Positions 1 through 7,782 of a DNA stretch of 31,492 bases are shown one piece after another. Position 1 is the stretch's first letter. Every line of letters starts with the position of its first letter. This DNA comes from a virus (lineage: Duplodnaviria > Caudoviricetes). A program made the translations under genes and the position numbers. Under the pieces are notes generated by a model. The model had not been told where the DNA came from. It made no database searches and saw only the letters and a program-made list of their open reading frames with translations. The DNA is taken from the IMG/VR virus record IMGVR_UViG_3300014309_000087, positions 1 through 31,492 of that record; one strand, 5' to 3'.

Positions 1-123
1 GTACGCGCCTAAAGTGCTCTATAAGAGAAGCGATAAAAAGACTCCCGATCCGGCAAGCGTGCTGAAACGGATAGCGGAACGCAAGGTATCCGGAAGCGGC
101 CTTTCGGCGTATGTTCTGCAGGA
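1..123. repeat. Terminal direct repeat, copy 1 (circularity overlap)
   Basis: Bases 1-123 (gtacgcgcct...ttctgcagga) are identical to 31370-31492; an ORF reads through the junction in frame. Confidence 0.97.
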
Positions 124-904
124 TGTGATTACCGTTTTGAATTCCGCTTCATTCAGCTTCAATCTGTATCTTGTTGGCGGAATGGTTGCCAACGGACGGT
201 CGGATCATGACGTTGACCTGTTGACAACGGAATCGTTGAGCGAGGATGAGAAACAGGAGGTTGTCGAAGCGATGGGAGAAGACTTCGCTCCGTATCTTGA
301 CTTTACAACGAATAGTGCCGGCGCCGAGGGGTTGAACGTGTTCTTTCCGGGGAGCGGAAAGCACGCGGCTGCCGGAGCCTATGCGAAGCGGTTTGTCCTG
401 CAGCGGCATTCGTGGGGGAAGGCCGTTCATTACGATTTGAGATTCGGGTCGAAGGACGGAAAAAAGATGTGGGGCTTTACCTGCTTTAACGAGCCTTCGA
501 AAATTGCCGGGCCGAAAAAGGTGCGCTGCGAGGAAAAAGATTATCACGATGTGAAATGGATGGATTTTGAGGGAACGATCAAGCCCGGCGACCCGGGCAA
601 TCCGACGAAAAACCTGACGGCCACGATGAAGACGCTTGACAAGGGAACCTATGATTTCATAAAGCGGACGGGGGACTTTCTCGAGGTGGTGCTTCATGGA
701 AAGGCGTGGAAGGGACGCTACGTGTTCCGGAAGATCGAGGTTTCCGGAGATGACAAAAATGCCTTGCTGATAAAAGGCGATGAATCGGGGAGCAAGGGAA
801 CGATCTGGATCTTGTGGAAGCCGCTGAACCAGAAGGTGCAGACCCCGGTAGGGGTGATAAAGCATTGCTTTAATGATGGTCGTTTATTGTATTGGGAGTA
901 CTGA
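2..904 (+). CDS. C-terminal part of the junction-spanning fusion protein: end of ligase OB domain, Pol-beta-type nucleotidyltransferase, LigD-type 3'-phosphoesterase
   Basis: In frame with the ORF from 29628 (junction codon TGG then TAC GCG CCT AAA GTG). LYLVGGMVANGRSDHDVDLL (about 164-223) fits the hG[G/S]...DxD nucleotidyltransferase motif. FVLQRH...HYDLR...FEGTI.PG...DKGTY...LHGKAWKGRY...WILWK (about 392-820) fits the LigD phosphoesterase signature. Confidence 0.85.
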   Translation, partial: YAPKVLYKRSDKKTPDPASVLKRIAERKVSGSGLSAYVLQDVITVLNSASFSFNLYLVGGMVANGRSDHDVDLLTTESLSEDEKQEVVEAMGEDFAPYLDFTTNSAGAEGLNVFFPGSGKHAAAGAYAKRFVLQRHSWGKAVHYDLRFGSKDGKKMWGFTCFNEPSKIAGPKKVRCEEKDYHDVKWMDFEGTIKPGDPGNPTKNLTATMKTLDKGTYDFIKRTGDFLEVVLHGKAWKGRYVFRKIEVSGDDKNALLIKGDESGSKGTIWILWKPLNQKVQTPVGVIKHCFNDGRLLYWEY

Positions 905-986
905 TCTTCCGCCGAAAACGGAAGCCGGTTCTGCTGCCGCTGCGCGGCTGCTGAGTCCGGCTGAAGTGTTGGGTTCTACGGCGTAT

Positions 987-1255
987 GCCTGCCCGTCTTC
1001 TCTTTTGAGCCACAAAAAGAATCCCTGCGGCGGCCTGTATGCGCTGAGCCCGGACGGCCAGCGTATGCAGGAGTAGCCGACGCAGGTACGCATCTCCCCT
1101 TTGATCCCCCCTTGAACCCGCGCCGGCCGCGAAGCGGCATACAATAAAGCGCGGAACTCGATATTGCGACAAGGAGGGGTTTGTGGGGGGTTCTCAAGGG
1201 GGGAAAGGGGATTCAGCTGCTTCTCTTTTTGTGGCTCATCTTCTTTCGGGCAGGC
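987..1255. other. Long nested inverted-repeat element (structured ssDNA or RNA)
   Basis: Perfect arms gcctgcccg 987-995/cgggcaggc 1247-1255 and tgagccacaaaaaga 1006-1020/tctttttgtggctca 1224-1238; imperfect arm 1095-1119/1188-1211; hairpins 1034-1046/1059-1071 and gccgc-gaa-gcggc 1126-1138. Confidence 0.7.
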
Positions 1256-1483
1256 TTGTTTGCGCCGGCGCCGTGAACGGAGTGAGCTGCTTGCGGCGAT
1301 GTGTTCATTGGCGTATTCGAAACGTAGTGAGAATGTGGCCAATGGTCTCCCGGCTGCCCCTGGTCATTGGGCGCCAGCCCTGACCAAGGGCAGCATGATC
1401 TTCATCTTTCCCGCGCACTTGTTTTTATGGCCTGCGGTGCTTCACCGCCTGGGTTGACGTTTCTTCATGCGCGGGATTATTCA

Positions 1484-1840
1484 GTACGGTTATTTTTGTT
1501 TCGGGGTGTAGCCCCCGGTCATTGGCATTCATGCATGACCGGAGGGCGGAACCGGTGGCGGTACGGTTATTTGTTTCGGGGTGTAGCCCGCGGTCATTGG
1601 CAAGGCGTGGTTTGAGGGCGGTATCGGCTTGTTTACGGGCTTGTAATTTCAAGGGCGTGTAGATGTTTGGGGTAATAGAGATCCTCTGCTGGTGATCCTT
1701 CTGTGTTCTTTTTAGTGGCTTGTGAGTAGTGGTGCCGCCCCTGGTCTATGGCAAGGCGTGGTTTGAGGGCGGTGCCGGCTTGTTTACGGGCTTGTAATTT
1801 CAAGGGCGTGTGGATGTAAGGGGTATGGGCGATCCTCTGC
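1484..1840. repeat. Two interlocking direct-repeat pairs in non-coding DNA
   Basis: Repeat A at 1484-1527 and 1561-1602 (gtacggttat..tgtttcggggtgtagccc.cggtcattggca); repeat B at about 1598-1690 and 1749-1840 (tggcaaggcgtggtttgagggcgg...cttgtaatttcaagggcgtgt.gatgt...gatcctctgc), 151 bp apart. Confidence 0.9.
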
Positions 1841-1894
1841 GGATGACCATTCCTGTGTATTTGTGTGAGGTTTTATAGGTGATGGAGATAGCTG

Positions 1895-2254
1895 TTATAA
1901 TTCATTTCCGCGAAGGAAGTTTGGCAACCGGTCGTTGGATGATGAAAAGAGGTGCAGGCAGAAGGGATGACAATTATAAAATTCTTTATCGGATGGGAGG
2001 ATCTGGATTGCCTTTGATTCTCTTCCGATGAAGATGTTTTTTATTTCTTTGAGGTCTTCCCATGCTGGTAGCTTGTTTTCGAAGGAGCATGAGAGATGGT
2101 GCCACCAATTACCATCATGGTTTTCGAGGCCGTGGATGATGTGCATTCCATCGGAGCGGGAATATACCCGCTGCACTCCTGCCCGGATTCCGGTTTCATG
2201 ATAATTTGGCGGGAGTATTAAAATTTTCTTTGGCAGTTTGTCATCCTGAAGCAT
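1895..2254 (-). CDS. Conserved phage hypothetical protein (resembles DUF7694-type HLS...P.W...K..F.G...HPFCLHL family)
   Basis: Start reassigned to ATG 2254 (AAGGA upstream); motif WHHLSCSFENKLPAWEDLKEIKNIFIG...AIQILP...NCHPFCLHL. Confidence 0.7.
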   Translation of the reverse strand: MLQDDKLPKKILILPPNYHETGIRAGVQRVYSRSDGMHIIHGLENHDGNWWHHLSCSFENKLPAWEDLKEIKNIFIGRESKAIQILPSDKEFYNCHPFCLHLFSSSNDRLPNFLRGNEL

Positions 2255-3008
2255 TGTTATTTCCTTTGGTTTTGGTCGCGGGTGGCAGGTGATAATCCCA
2301 CCATTTGCGGCATGATGGTCCGCGTCGAACAAAACCACATGGTTTTGAGTGGCTGCACCGAAAGCAAAACGGTTGATTCTTTTCGTTGTCCGTGACAGGA
2401 TCAGGGGTGTCCGATGAATCAAATACTGTGTATTTGCTGCGAACTCCATACGCCGTAAACCATGATAAAAATGGCGAGACTTCGAGCGTATCAAAAAGGT
2501 TTTTATATCTTGTAAAGACTTCGGTTGAACTTTTGAAATGGCGGACATGCGCCTGGTCGTCGAATGATGGTACGGAAAAGAGGGTGACTGTTGCCGGAGG
2601 AATGCTGTTCAGGAGTGCAATGTCGTTGTCCAGGTGTTCGAGTACCTCGAAGGCGGTGATGATGGTTTGGTGTTTTCCAAGAATTGAATTGATGTTGATT
2701 GAAAAAAAATCCTCTTTGATAAAATAATACTCATCGGGAAGATTGCGGCCTTTCGCGATGTCGATGGCGGACTGGCTGAAATCAAATCCGGTGTAGTGTA
2801 TGTTGCTGAAACTGGTACTGAGGAACTGGGCAAATTGGCCGGGGCCGCAACCAAGATCGATGATATCGACCGGGGGCGTTAATGATGCAATAATCCTGCC
2901 GAATAAAGCCCACATTGGCCAATAGGGTGAATGCTGATATTTATTCTGGTATAAAAATGATACGTTGTAAACACGGTCATAATAGCTGTCCGGCTGTTGT
3001 GAGCCCAT
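2241..3008 (-). CDS. Class I SAM-dependent methyltransferase (small-molecule/glycan type)
   Basis: IIDLGCGPGQF motif I, YTGFDFS motif II, AFEVLEHL; start reassigned to ATG 3008 just after the DnaB stop. No DPPY/NPPY/PC DNA-methyltransferase motif. Confidence 0.85.
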   Translation of the reverse strand: MGSQQPDSYYDRVYNVSFLYQNKYQHSPYWPMWALFGRIIASLTPPVDIIDLGCGPGQFAQFLSTSFSNIHYTGFDFSQSAIDIAKGRNLPDEYYFIKEDFFSININSILGKHQTIITAFEVLEHLDNDIALLNSIPPATVTLFSVPSFDDQAHVRHFKSSTEVFTRYKNLFDTLEVSPFLSWFTAYGVRSKYTVFDSSDTPDPVTDNEKNQPFCFRCSHSKPCGFVRRGPSCRKWWDYHLPPATKTKGNNNASG

Positions 3009-3021
3009 GGTTATCCCTTCG

Positions 3022-4332
3022 TTAAAGATCACTGGAAAAATGAGGTATGAATGATGTTTGCGCTTCATGCTGGGCGAGGTTTTCAATACGCATCTGTTCG
3101 GCAATGAATGACAGGTGCGCTGATCCGATCGCGCCGTTACGTTGTTTCGCGATATAGACGTCGAGCGTATTTTTTTGCTCTGCATCGGTGTCGAAGTAAT
3201 CAGGGCGATAGAGCAGGAGGATCGTGTCTGCATCCTGCTCGAGGCTGCCGCTTTCGCGGAGGTGATGACGCTCAGGCGGTTTCTTGGTCATGCCGGCGTA
3301 ACGTGACAATTGTGAATTGGCAATTATAGGGCAGCCGATGCGGGGTATAAGACGCTTGAGGCTGAGGGAACATTGGTTGATGCGTTCGCGGGGATCGTCG
3401 ATCTTGTAATCAGCCTCCATGAGCTGTATGAAATCAAAGATTACGAGTTTGAGAGGACCGAATTCGTGAATGATTCGCTGGCATTTTGCATATGCTCTTG
3501 CCGGGGTAATCGGTCGTGAATCATCAATGAAGATCCTGAGTTTTGATAAGTGTTCGGCATTTTCGTAGAGGTGATGGAAGTCCTGTTTCGGCAGAAATCC
3601 AAGATTGAACTGGTTGAGGCTCAGATGTGATTCGGTAAAGAGGGCGCGGGAGATTTCATTTTGGGAAGAGGATTCCATCGAGAAAATAACAATATTGCCT
3701 GCGGTTGATTTCGATACGTTTCGGGCAATTGTTCCGGAAAATGTTGATTTCCCCATTGAGGGAGATCCGCCGACAATGATGTAACTATCCTGCTGGATTG
3801 AAACGGTTTCGTCAATATCGATGAATCCCGTTTTTATGAATGATGGTTCTCCGCCGTCTTCGACGCTCCTGATGTGGTCGAGCTGTGCGGGTAATAGTTC
3901 GGAGAAAGACTTGGGCCGGTCGTTTTGAGTGTCTGATTGTGCAATGACGTCCGAGATTAATTTACCGGTGATGTCGAAGGCTTTGCGTTCGAAATCGTGG
4001 TAGAGCGCCGATTCTGTCTTGAGGATGCAGGACAGAAATGTTCTTCGTAAAAAACATTCGATGATCTGTTCTATCTCCGGATCTCCGGTATATGAACAAT
4101 CGGCTTCGCAGAGTGAAAAATCAAAGTCTGAAATACGGGTGGCAATAGTGACAATCTCATGTGTTTTCTCTTTGATCATCACGTCGAAGATTCGATGGTT
4201 CAGATCAAGATAGAAATGCTCGGGTTTGAGTTTTGAAATTGCATTGAAAAAAACACGATCTGAGCCGATAGCGCCTGACAGCAGGCGGTTTTCGGATAAT
4301 GGTGAATGTGGTAAAATGCGTTCGTCGTTCAT
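3022..4332 (-). CDS. dnaB: Replicative DNA helicase, DnaB family
   Basis: N-terminal PHS...E..LL; Walker A GGSPSMGKST; FSMES; DFIQLM; SQLSR; LRESGSLEQDAD; KQRNG. Confidence 0.96.
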   Translation of the reverse strand: MNDERILPHSPLSENRLLSGAIGSDRVFFNAISKLKPEHFYLDLNHRIFDVMIKEKTHEIVTIATRISDFDFSLCEADCSYTGDPEIEQIIECFLRRTFLSCILKTESALYHDFERKAFDITGKLISDVIAQSDTQNDRPKSFSELLPAQLDHIRSVEDGGEPSFIKTGFIDIDETVSIQQDSYIIVGGSPSMGKSTFSGTIARNVSKSTAGNIVIFSMESSSQNEISRALFTESHLSLNQFNLGFLPKQDFHHLYENAEHLSKLRIFIDDSRPITPARAYAKCQRIIHEFGPLKLVIFDFIQLMEADYKIDDPRERINQCSLSLKRLIPRIGCPIIANSQLSRYAGMTKKPPERHHLRESGSLEQDADTILLLYRPDYFDTDAEQKNTLDVYIAKQRNGAIGSAHLSFIAEQMRIENLAQHEAQTSFIPHFSSDL

Positions 4333-4347
4333 GTGATGCTCCTGTGA

Positions 4348-4974
4348 TTACTCCCGTTTATAACGTTTGATCGGCTGGTGAGCCGGGTTGGTTGATGTCT
4401 CCTGAAGATTGTGTTTTTCTAATGGTTGTCGTTCCAGTTCCCAGCTGCGTTGGTGAATCCATGTTTTGAGATGTTGCCATTCCGGGACGAATACGCCTGC
4501 AGCAATACGCTCTCGTCTCCAGGAAATCTGGTTTTCGATTATCCCTGATAATTGTGGGATAATGTCTGTAAAATCGTGGTGATGTTTGCGCATTGCGTTG
4601 AACTCGGTCATGCAGCTACGGCGGCGGCCAGGATAGCGTTGGCGGAATTTCTCGAATGTTTCGAGTAAATGTTTATGCGGGGAATGTTTTGGTGGTTTTA
4701 GAGATGATGTTTTGGTTGTGTCTGACAGGCTGCTAAAGGTGATGTGGCTGCCGCGATTGCTGCTGATGATGGAAATCATCCCGAACATTGTCAGTTTGAA
4801 CAGGGCGAGCCTGACCTGTTTGTCGGATAGTCCGGTATTTCGGGAGATAATGGCCCGTGATGTGGTGATTGAATCGTTATTTTCGGCGGACATATACAAA
4901 AACAAAAATACCTGGACTACATTCGATTGTCTCAGCAGTTTGATCCGGATGTTGTTGTCGCTCGGCAGTTGCAT
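4348..4974 (-). CDS. Phage replication initiator / replisome organizer (N-terminal wHTH)
   Basis: TSRAIISRNTGLSDKQVRLALFKL..GMI helix-turn-helix; C-terminal FEKFRQRYP...WQHLKTWIHQRSWE typical of phage initiators; directly upstream of dnaB. Confidence 0.75.
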   Translation of the reverse strand: MQLPSDNNIRIKLLRQSNVVQVFLFLYMSAENNDSITTSRAIISRNTGLSDKQVRLALFKLTMFGMISIISSNRGSHITFSSLSDTTKTSSLKPPKHSPHKHLLETFEKFRQRYPGRRRSCMTEFNAMRKHHHDFTDIIPQLSGIIENQISWRRERIAAGVFVPEWQHLKTWIHQRSWELERQPLEKHNLQETSTNPAHQPIKRYKRE

Positions 4975-5127
4975 GGTCGCCTTAAAAGAGGGGTCGGGAG
5001 AGTCTGCGCCGAACGACGAAGGACGCGCAAACCCCTGTGCGGCGAGACAACACAGTTCCCGGAGACCCTGAAAATTTCGATGATTCCGATGATGTTGAAA
5101 AAATCCTGAATTCGTCGTTCATACACC

Positions 5128-5156
5128 AATTTAACCATTCTGCGATAAAAATGCAA
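5128..5156 (-). promoter_or_regulatory. Putative sigma70-type promoter for the replication operon
   Basis: Minus strand TTGCAT-17 bp-TAAATT upstream of the initiator gene. Confidence 0.45.
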
Positions 5157-5219
5157 TGTTTTTTTTAAAATCATACAAAATTTACACGCGATAAAAGAGC
5201 GGTTTTGCACTATTCTTTT

Positions 5220-6060
5220 TTTTATTTTGTTTTATTTTAAACAGTAGTGACTTAAGTACTCCTAGTCTAGAAACCCTAGATATAATACTCTAGTTACTAG
5301 GTTACTAGGTAGTACCAGATAAAAAAGGCGATTCAGTTGGCCCTTTTTTCGAACAAACTACTTCAAGCGAACTTCATAAGTGCAACAATAAAAAAGAGTT
5401 ACAGCGAAATAAAAAAGAAAAACTATTGGCCCCACAAAAAAAATGGGTTGGCCCTTTTTTAACGAAAAAAAAAGACATTCCTTACTCATATCAATGACTT
5501 ACCGAGGAAATCTGCTGGCCCTTGAGTTGGCCCTTTTTTGAAGATTTTACTTTAAGTGAATGACTTAATTTGTTAAAAATCAATGAGATATAAAAATATA
5601 AAATCAGGCGTCGGCTGGCCCTGTGGAAAAACAATGAAACTACATAATAAATTACTTTAAGAGATTTATATAAATGTAGTAAAATCAAGCGATTAAATGA
5701 TGTTTGCAAAAAATAATACTTGGGTGAAATGAAGTACCGGTCTTTTTATTAGCCCTTCTATTGGCCCTTCAGTTGGCCCTTTTTTTAAACAAGTTTCTTG
5801 AGGTGAATTGTATAAGTGTAGTAAATAAAATGAGTTACAAGAGACAATAAATAAATATTTACTGGCCCTTTTGTTGGCCCTTTAATTGGCCCTTTTGTTG
5901 GCCCTTTTTCAGAAAAAAGTGTTGATAACTTTTTTTTTAAAAAAAGAATGTGGTAAAAAGTGTGGAAATTTGTAAAAAAACGGCAGTGTCTATTTTCGGC
6001 GGGATGAATCAGACAGTTAATCGGATGAAAAAAGAGTTGGCCCTTTTTTTTATGGCCTGT
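5220..6060. other. Putative replication origin: iterons, IHF-consensus sites, AT-rich tracts
   Basis: 13 same-orientation YTGGCCC copies (5337, 5426, 5448, 5515, 5527, 5615, 5761, 5773, 5862, 5874, 5886, 5898, 6037) plus TTAGCCC at 5749, several at 12-bp spacing; WATCAANNNNTTR matches at 5489-5501 and 5683-5695; adjacent to initiator and dnaB. Confidence 0.7.
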
Positions 6061-6259
6061 AGATGACCTTATGGCTTTTTTTGTCCCAGCCGACGCCTTT
6101 CGGTTTCCGGCGCCATTGACCTTTTGGTTCTTCGTAGAATGAATTATTGATGGAACGTTGTTTTTTACAATCAGGGTTGGAACAGGTACCGGCACGGTGA
6201 AACCAGTTGCCGCATGTGCAGGGATCTTCTGATTGTTGTAGTGGCGGTATTTTTTTCAT
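6050..6259 (-). CDS. Small Cys-rich hypothetical protein
   Basis: CTCG...H...CSNPDC putative zinc ligands; divergent from the ORF at 6314. Confidence 0.5.
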   Translation of the reverse strand: MKKIPPLQQSEDPCTCGNWFHRAGTCSNPDCKKQRSINNSFYEEPKGQWRRKPKGVGWDKKSHKVIYRP

Positions 6260-6269
6260 GAATTAAATC

Positions 6270-6313
6270 TGATTTATATTGAATATAGATTGAATCTATA
6301 TTAAATTTATATT
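6270..6313. promoter_or_regulatory. Operator-like 11-bp repeat array and palindrome between divergent genes
   Basis: tgatttatatt gaatatagatt gaatctatatt aaatttatatt, including the palindrome AATATAGATT-G-AATCTATATT 6282-6302, directly abutting ATG 6314. Confidence 0.6.
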
Positions 6314-6514
6314 ATGGTTACAAAGCGGGGATATAGAAACAAGGATCGGACAACGGTCGTCATTGAGGGTAGTTATATAATGAGAGCATTAAAAAAAATT
6401 ATCGACAATGAAAAGAGAAAAAGCAAAAATCCGGACTCCCCGCCAATGAGTTATAAATCTGCGGTTGAATATGCGATTTTGAGGACTGCCGACGGGTACG
6501 CTGAAGAGGAGTAA
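6314..6514 (+). CDS. Small DNA-binding protein, possibly ribbon-helix-helix
   Basis: Basic; RTTVVI strand followed by two helices (MRALKKII, SYKSAVEYAILR); first gene behind the operator array. Confidence 0.5.
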   Translation: MVTKRGYRNKDRTTVVIEGSYIMRALKKIIDNEKRKSKNPDSPPMSYKSAVEYAILRTADGYAEEE

Positions 6515-6515
6515 T

Positions 6516-6602
6516 ATGAATTGGTATGTTAAAAAGGTATTAGGGCGGGTGATTGTTGCTGTTGTGATAACGATAATTGTAACGATTGTGCAGCGATTAT
6601 GA
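6516..6602 (+). CDS. 28-aa single-TM peptide (not in ORF track)
   Basis: GAGGAG SD; MNWYVKKVLGRVIVAVVITIIVTIVQRL; stop overlaps the next ATG (ATGA). Confidence 0.6.
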   Translation: MNWYVKKVLGRVIVAVVITIIVTIVQRL

Positions 6603-6874
6603 AAGAAGCGGAACTGAGAAACGTAGCAACCTGCGGTCTCTGTGGAAGAAAATTCGGCCACTGCGGAGCTCTGTATTTTTACCGGATACGGATTGAACGG
6701 TACCATGTTGACCCTGTTCAGGTAAAAGCGCAAACCGGGCTTGAAAAAATGATTGGTGTGCAAATGGCACAGGTGATGGGACAGGATCGTGATCTTGCTG
6801 AAAAAACAGGTGAGAACGAAATGACGATCTGCGCCGAATGTTCAAAAGAAATCGATATTTTGTTGAAACGGTAA
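6599..6874 (+). CDS. Hypothetical zinc-binding protein
   Basis: CGLC...CAEC pair; translationally coupled to the upstream ORF. Confidence 0.7.
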   Translation: MKEAELRNVATCGLCGRKFGHCGALYFYRIRIERYHVDPVQVKAQTGLEKMIGVQMAQVMGQDRDLAEKTGENEMTICAECSKEIDILLKR

Positions 6875-6878
6875 TATT

Positions 6879-7025
6879 TTGGCTATATCTGATAAATTAT
6901 TTCCCTCTATTATAATTTTACTGTTTCTATGCGCGGGGATAGTTGATTTTGCAGGGGGCGACTGGAAAAAAGGGGTCTACTGGATCGCAGGGGGGGTTAT
7001 CAATTTGATGGTGATGTTGAAATGA
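6879..7025 (+). CDS. 48-aa two-TM membrane protein (not in ORF track)
   Basis: TTG start; MAISDKLFPSIIILLFLCAGIVDFAGGDWKKGVYWIAGGVINLMVMLK; fills the gap and overlaps the next ATG. Confidence 0.6.
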   Translation: MAISDKLFPSIIILLFLCAGIVDFAGGDWKKGVYWIAGGVINLMVMLK

Positions 7026-7360
7026 TGAGAACTGTATATGATTTAAACCATGGGCGCATACATAGCCCAACGGAATGCAGTGATGCTACGGGAAGGCTGC
7101 AGCTTGCCCGGGGCTACATCTGCGATTTATTGAAAAATTTTATAGCTGGATTGATGGATTATGGGGCGTTGTTATTATTCAGAGCGTATTGGGCCAAATA
7201 TTACTGTAAAGTAATAAAAGATGAATGTATCAGGGAAAGTGGAAGGCTTTGCCCATGGTCGAATATACAGATTGTGCTTGAGGGAAGGATAAAAGATAAT
7301 AAAGAGGTTGAAGTTGTTGCAAGTTGCTTAAAGCAGCTTGTTTGGAAAGTATTTGGGTGA
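7022..7360 (+). CDS. Hypothetical protein
   Basis: 112-aa ORF coupled to the upstream gene; no recognised motif. Confidence 0.55.
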   Translation: MMRTVYDLNHGRIHSPTECSDATGRLQLARGYICDLLKNFIAGLMDYGALLLFRAYWAKYYCKVIKDECIRESGRLCPWSNIQIVLEGRIKDNKEVEVVASCLKQLVWKVFG

Positions 7361-7435
7361 GTGCATCTTACGGGTAGTTGTACAAATTAGGGTGGTTTTT
7401 TGAATCGTATGCCGCCCCACCATAAAGGAGCTTTT

Positions 7436-7696
7436 GTGGAAATCACACCGCGAGAAATGAGTATCATCAAACACTCACTTGGCCTTGATTACGGAGATTC
7501 GATATTTCGCAATCACTTTGTTGCTGGCCCAGGGCATAGCGATATCAAGCATCTTGAGTCTCTGGTATCTAAGGGGCTTATGGAAAAGCGGCGTGATGTG
7601 TTCGATGAGGTTAACGAAAATTATATCTATCAAGTAACGGACGAAGGGCGGCAAAAGGCTATTGAAAGCCACCCGAACTTCGTACAACAGCGGTAG
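7436..7696 (+). CDS. Hypothetical wHTH-like phage protein (cassette 1)
   Basis: GTG start with AAGGAG; HSLGL...RNHFVAG...LVSKGLM...YQVTDEG pattern; ends inside an attC-like site. Confidence 0.7.
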   Translation: MEITPREMSIIKHSLGLDYGDSIFRNHFVAGPGHSDIKHLESLVSKGLMEKRRDVFDEVNENYIYQVTDEGRQKAIESHPNFVQQR

Positions 7697-7745
7697 CTCA
7701 AAACGCGGAGGAACCGCGCATCGGGAGTACCGCGAACCATTGGTG
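7682..7745 (+). mobile_element. attC-like site 1
   Basis: R'' GTACAAC 7682-7688; arm gcggtagctc 7690-7699/gagtaccgc 7725-7733 with one extrahelical base; inner cgcgg/ccgcg; degenerate R' ATTGGTG 7739-7745. Confidence 0.55.
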
Positions 7746-7782
7746 TTAATCGGCCTTCGGGTCATTTTATAGGAGTGCAATT

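Noticed and set aside
1-123. Terminal repeat as a biological DTR or att site
   Set aside because: It lies mid-gene and the frame continues through it; more likely an assembler overlap of a circular or permuted genome.
14-904. Stand-alone 296-aa ORF starting at GTG 14
   Set aside because: The frame is open upstream across the junction to ATG 29628, and the first residues complete the ligase OB domain.
870-1652. Several overlapping short ORFs on both strands
   Set aside because: No SDs or motifs; GC-rich hairpins and repeats explain the lack of stop codons.
1484-1840. Mini-CRISPR array
   Set aside because: Only two copies of each repeat, unequal lengths and overlapping units, with no regular spacers.
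2241-3233. DNA methyltransferase, and the 330-aa extended start
   Set aside because: No DPPY/NPPY/SPPY/PC motif; the extension overlaps dnaB by over 200 bp, so ATG 3008 is preferred.
5491-6195. ORFs 5491-5709 and 5785-6195 with KGPT/KGQ repeats
   Set aside because: The peptide repeats are just the translation of the 12-bp iterons in AT-rich DNA; no SD or protein-like composition.
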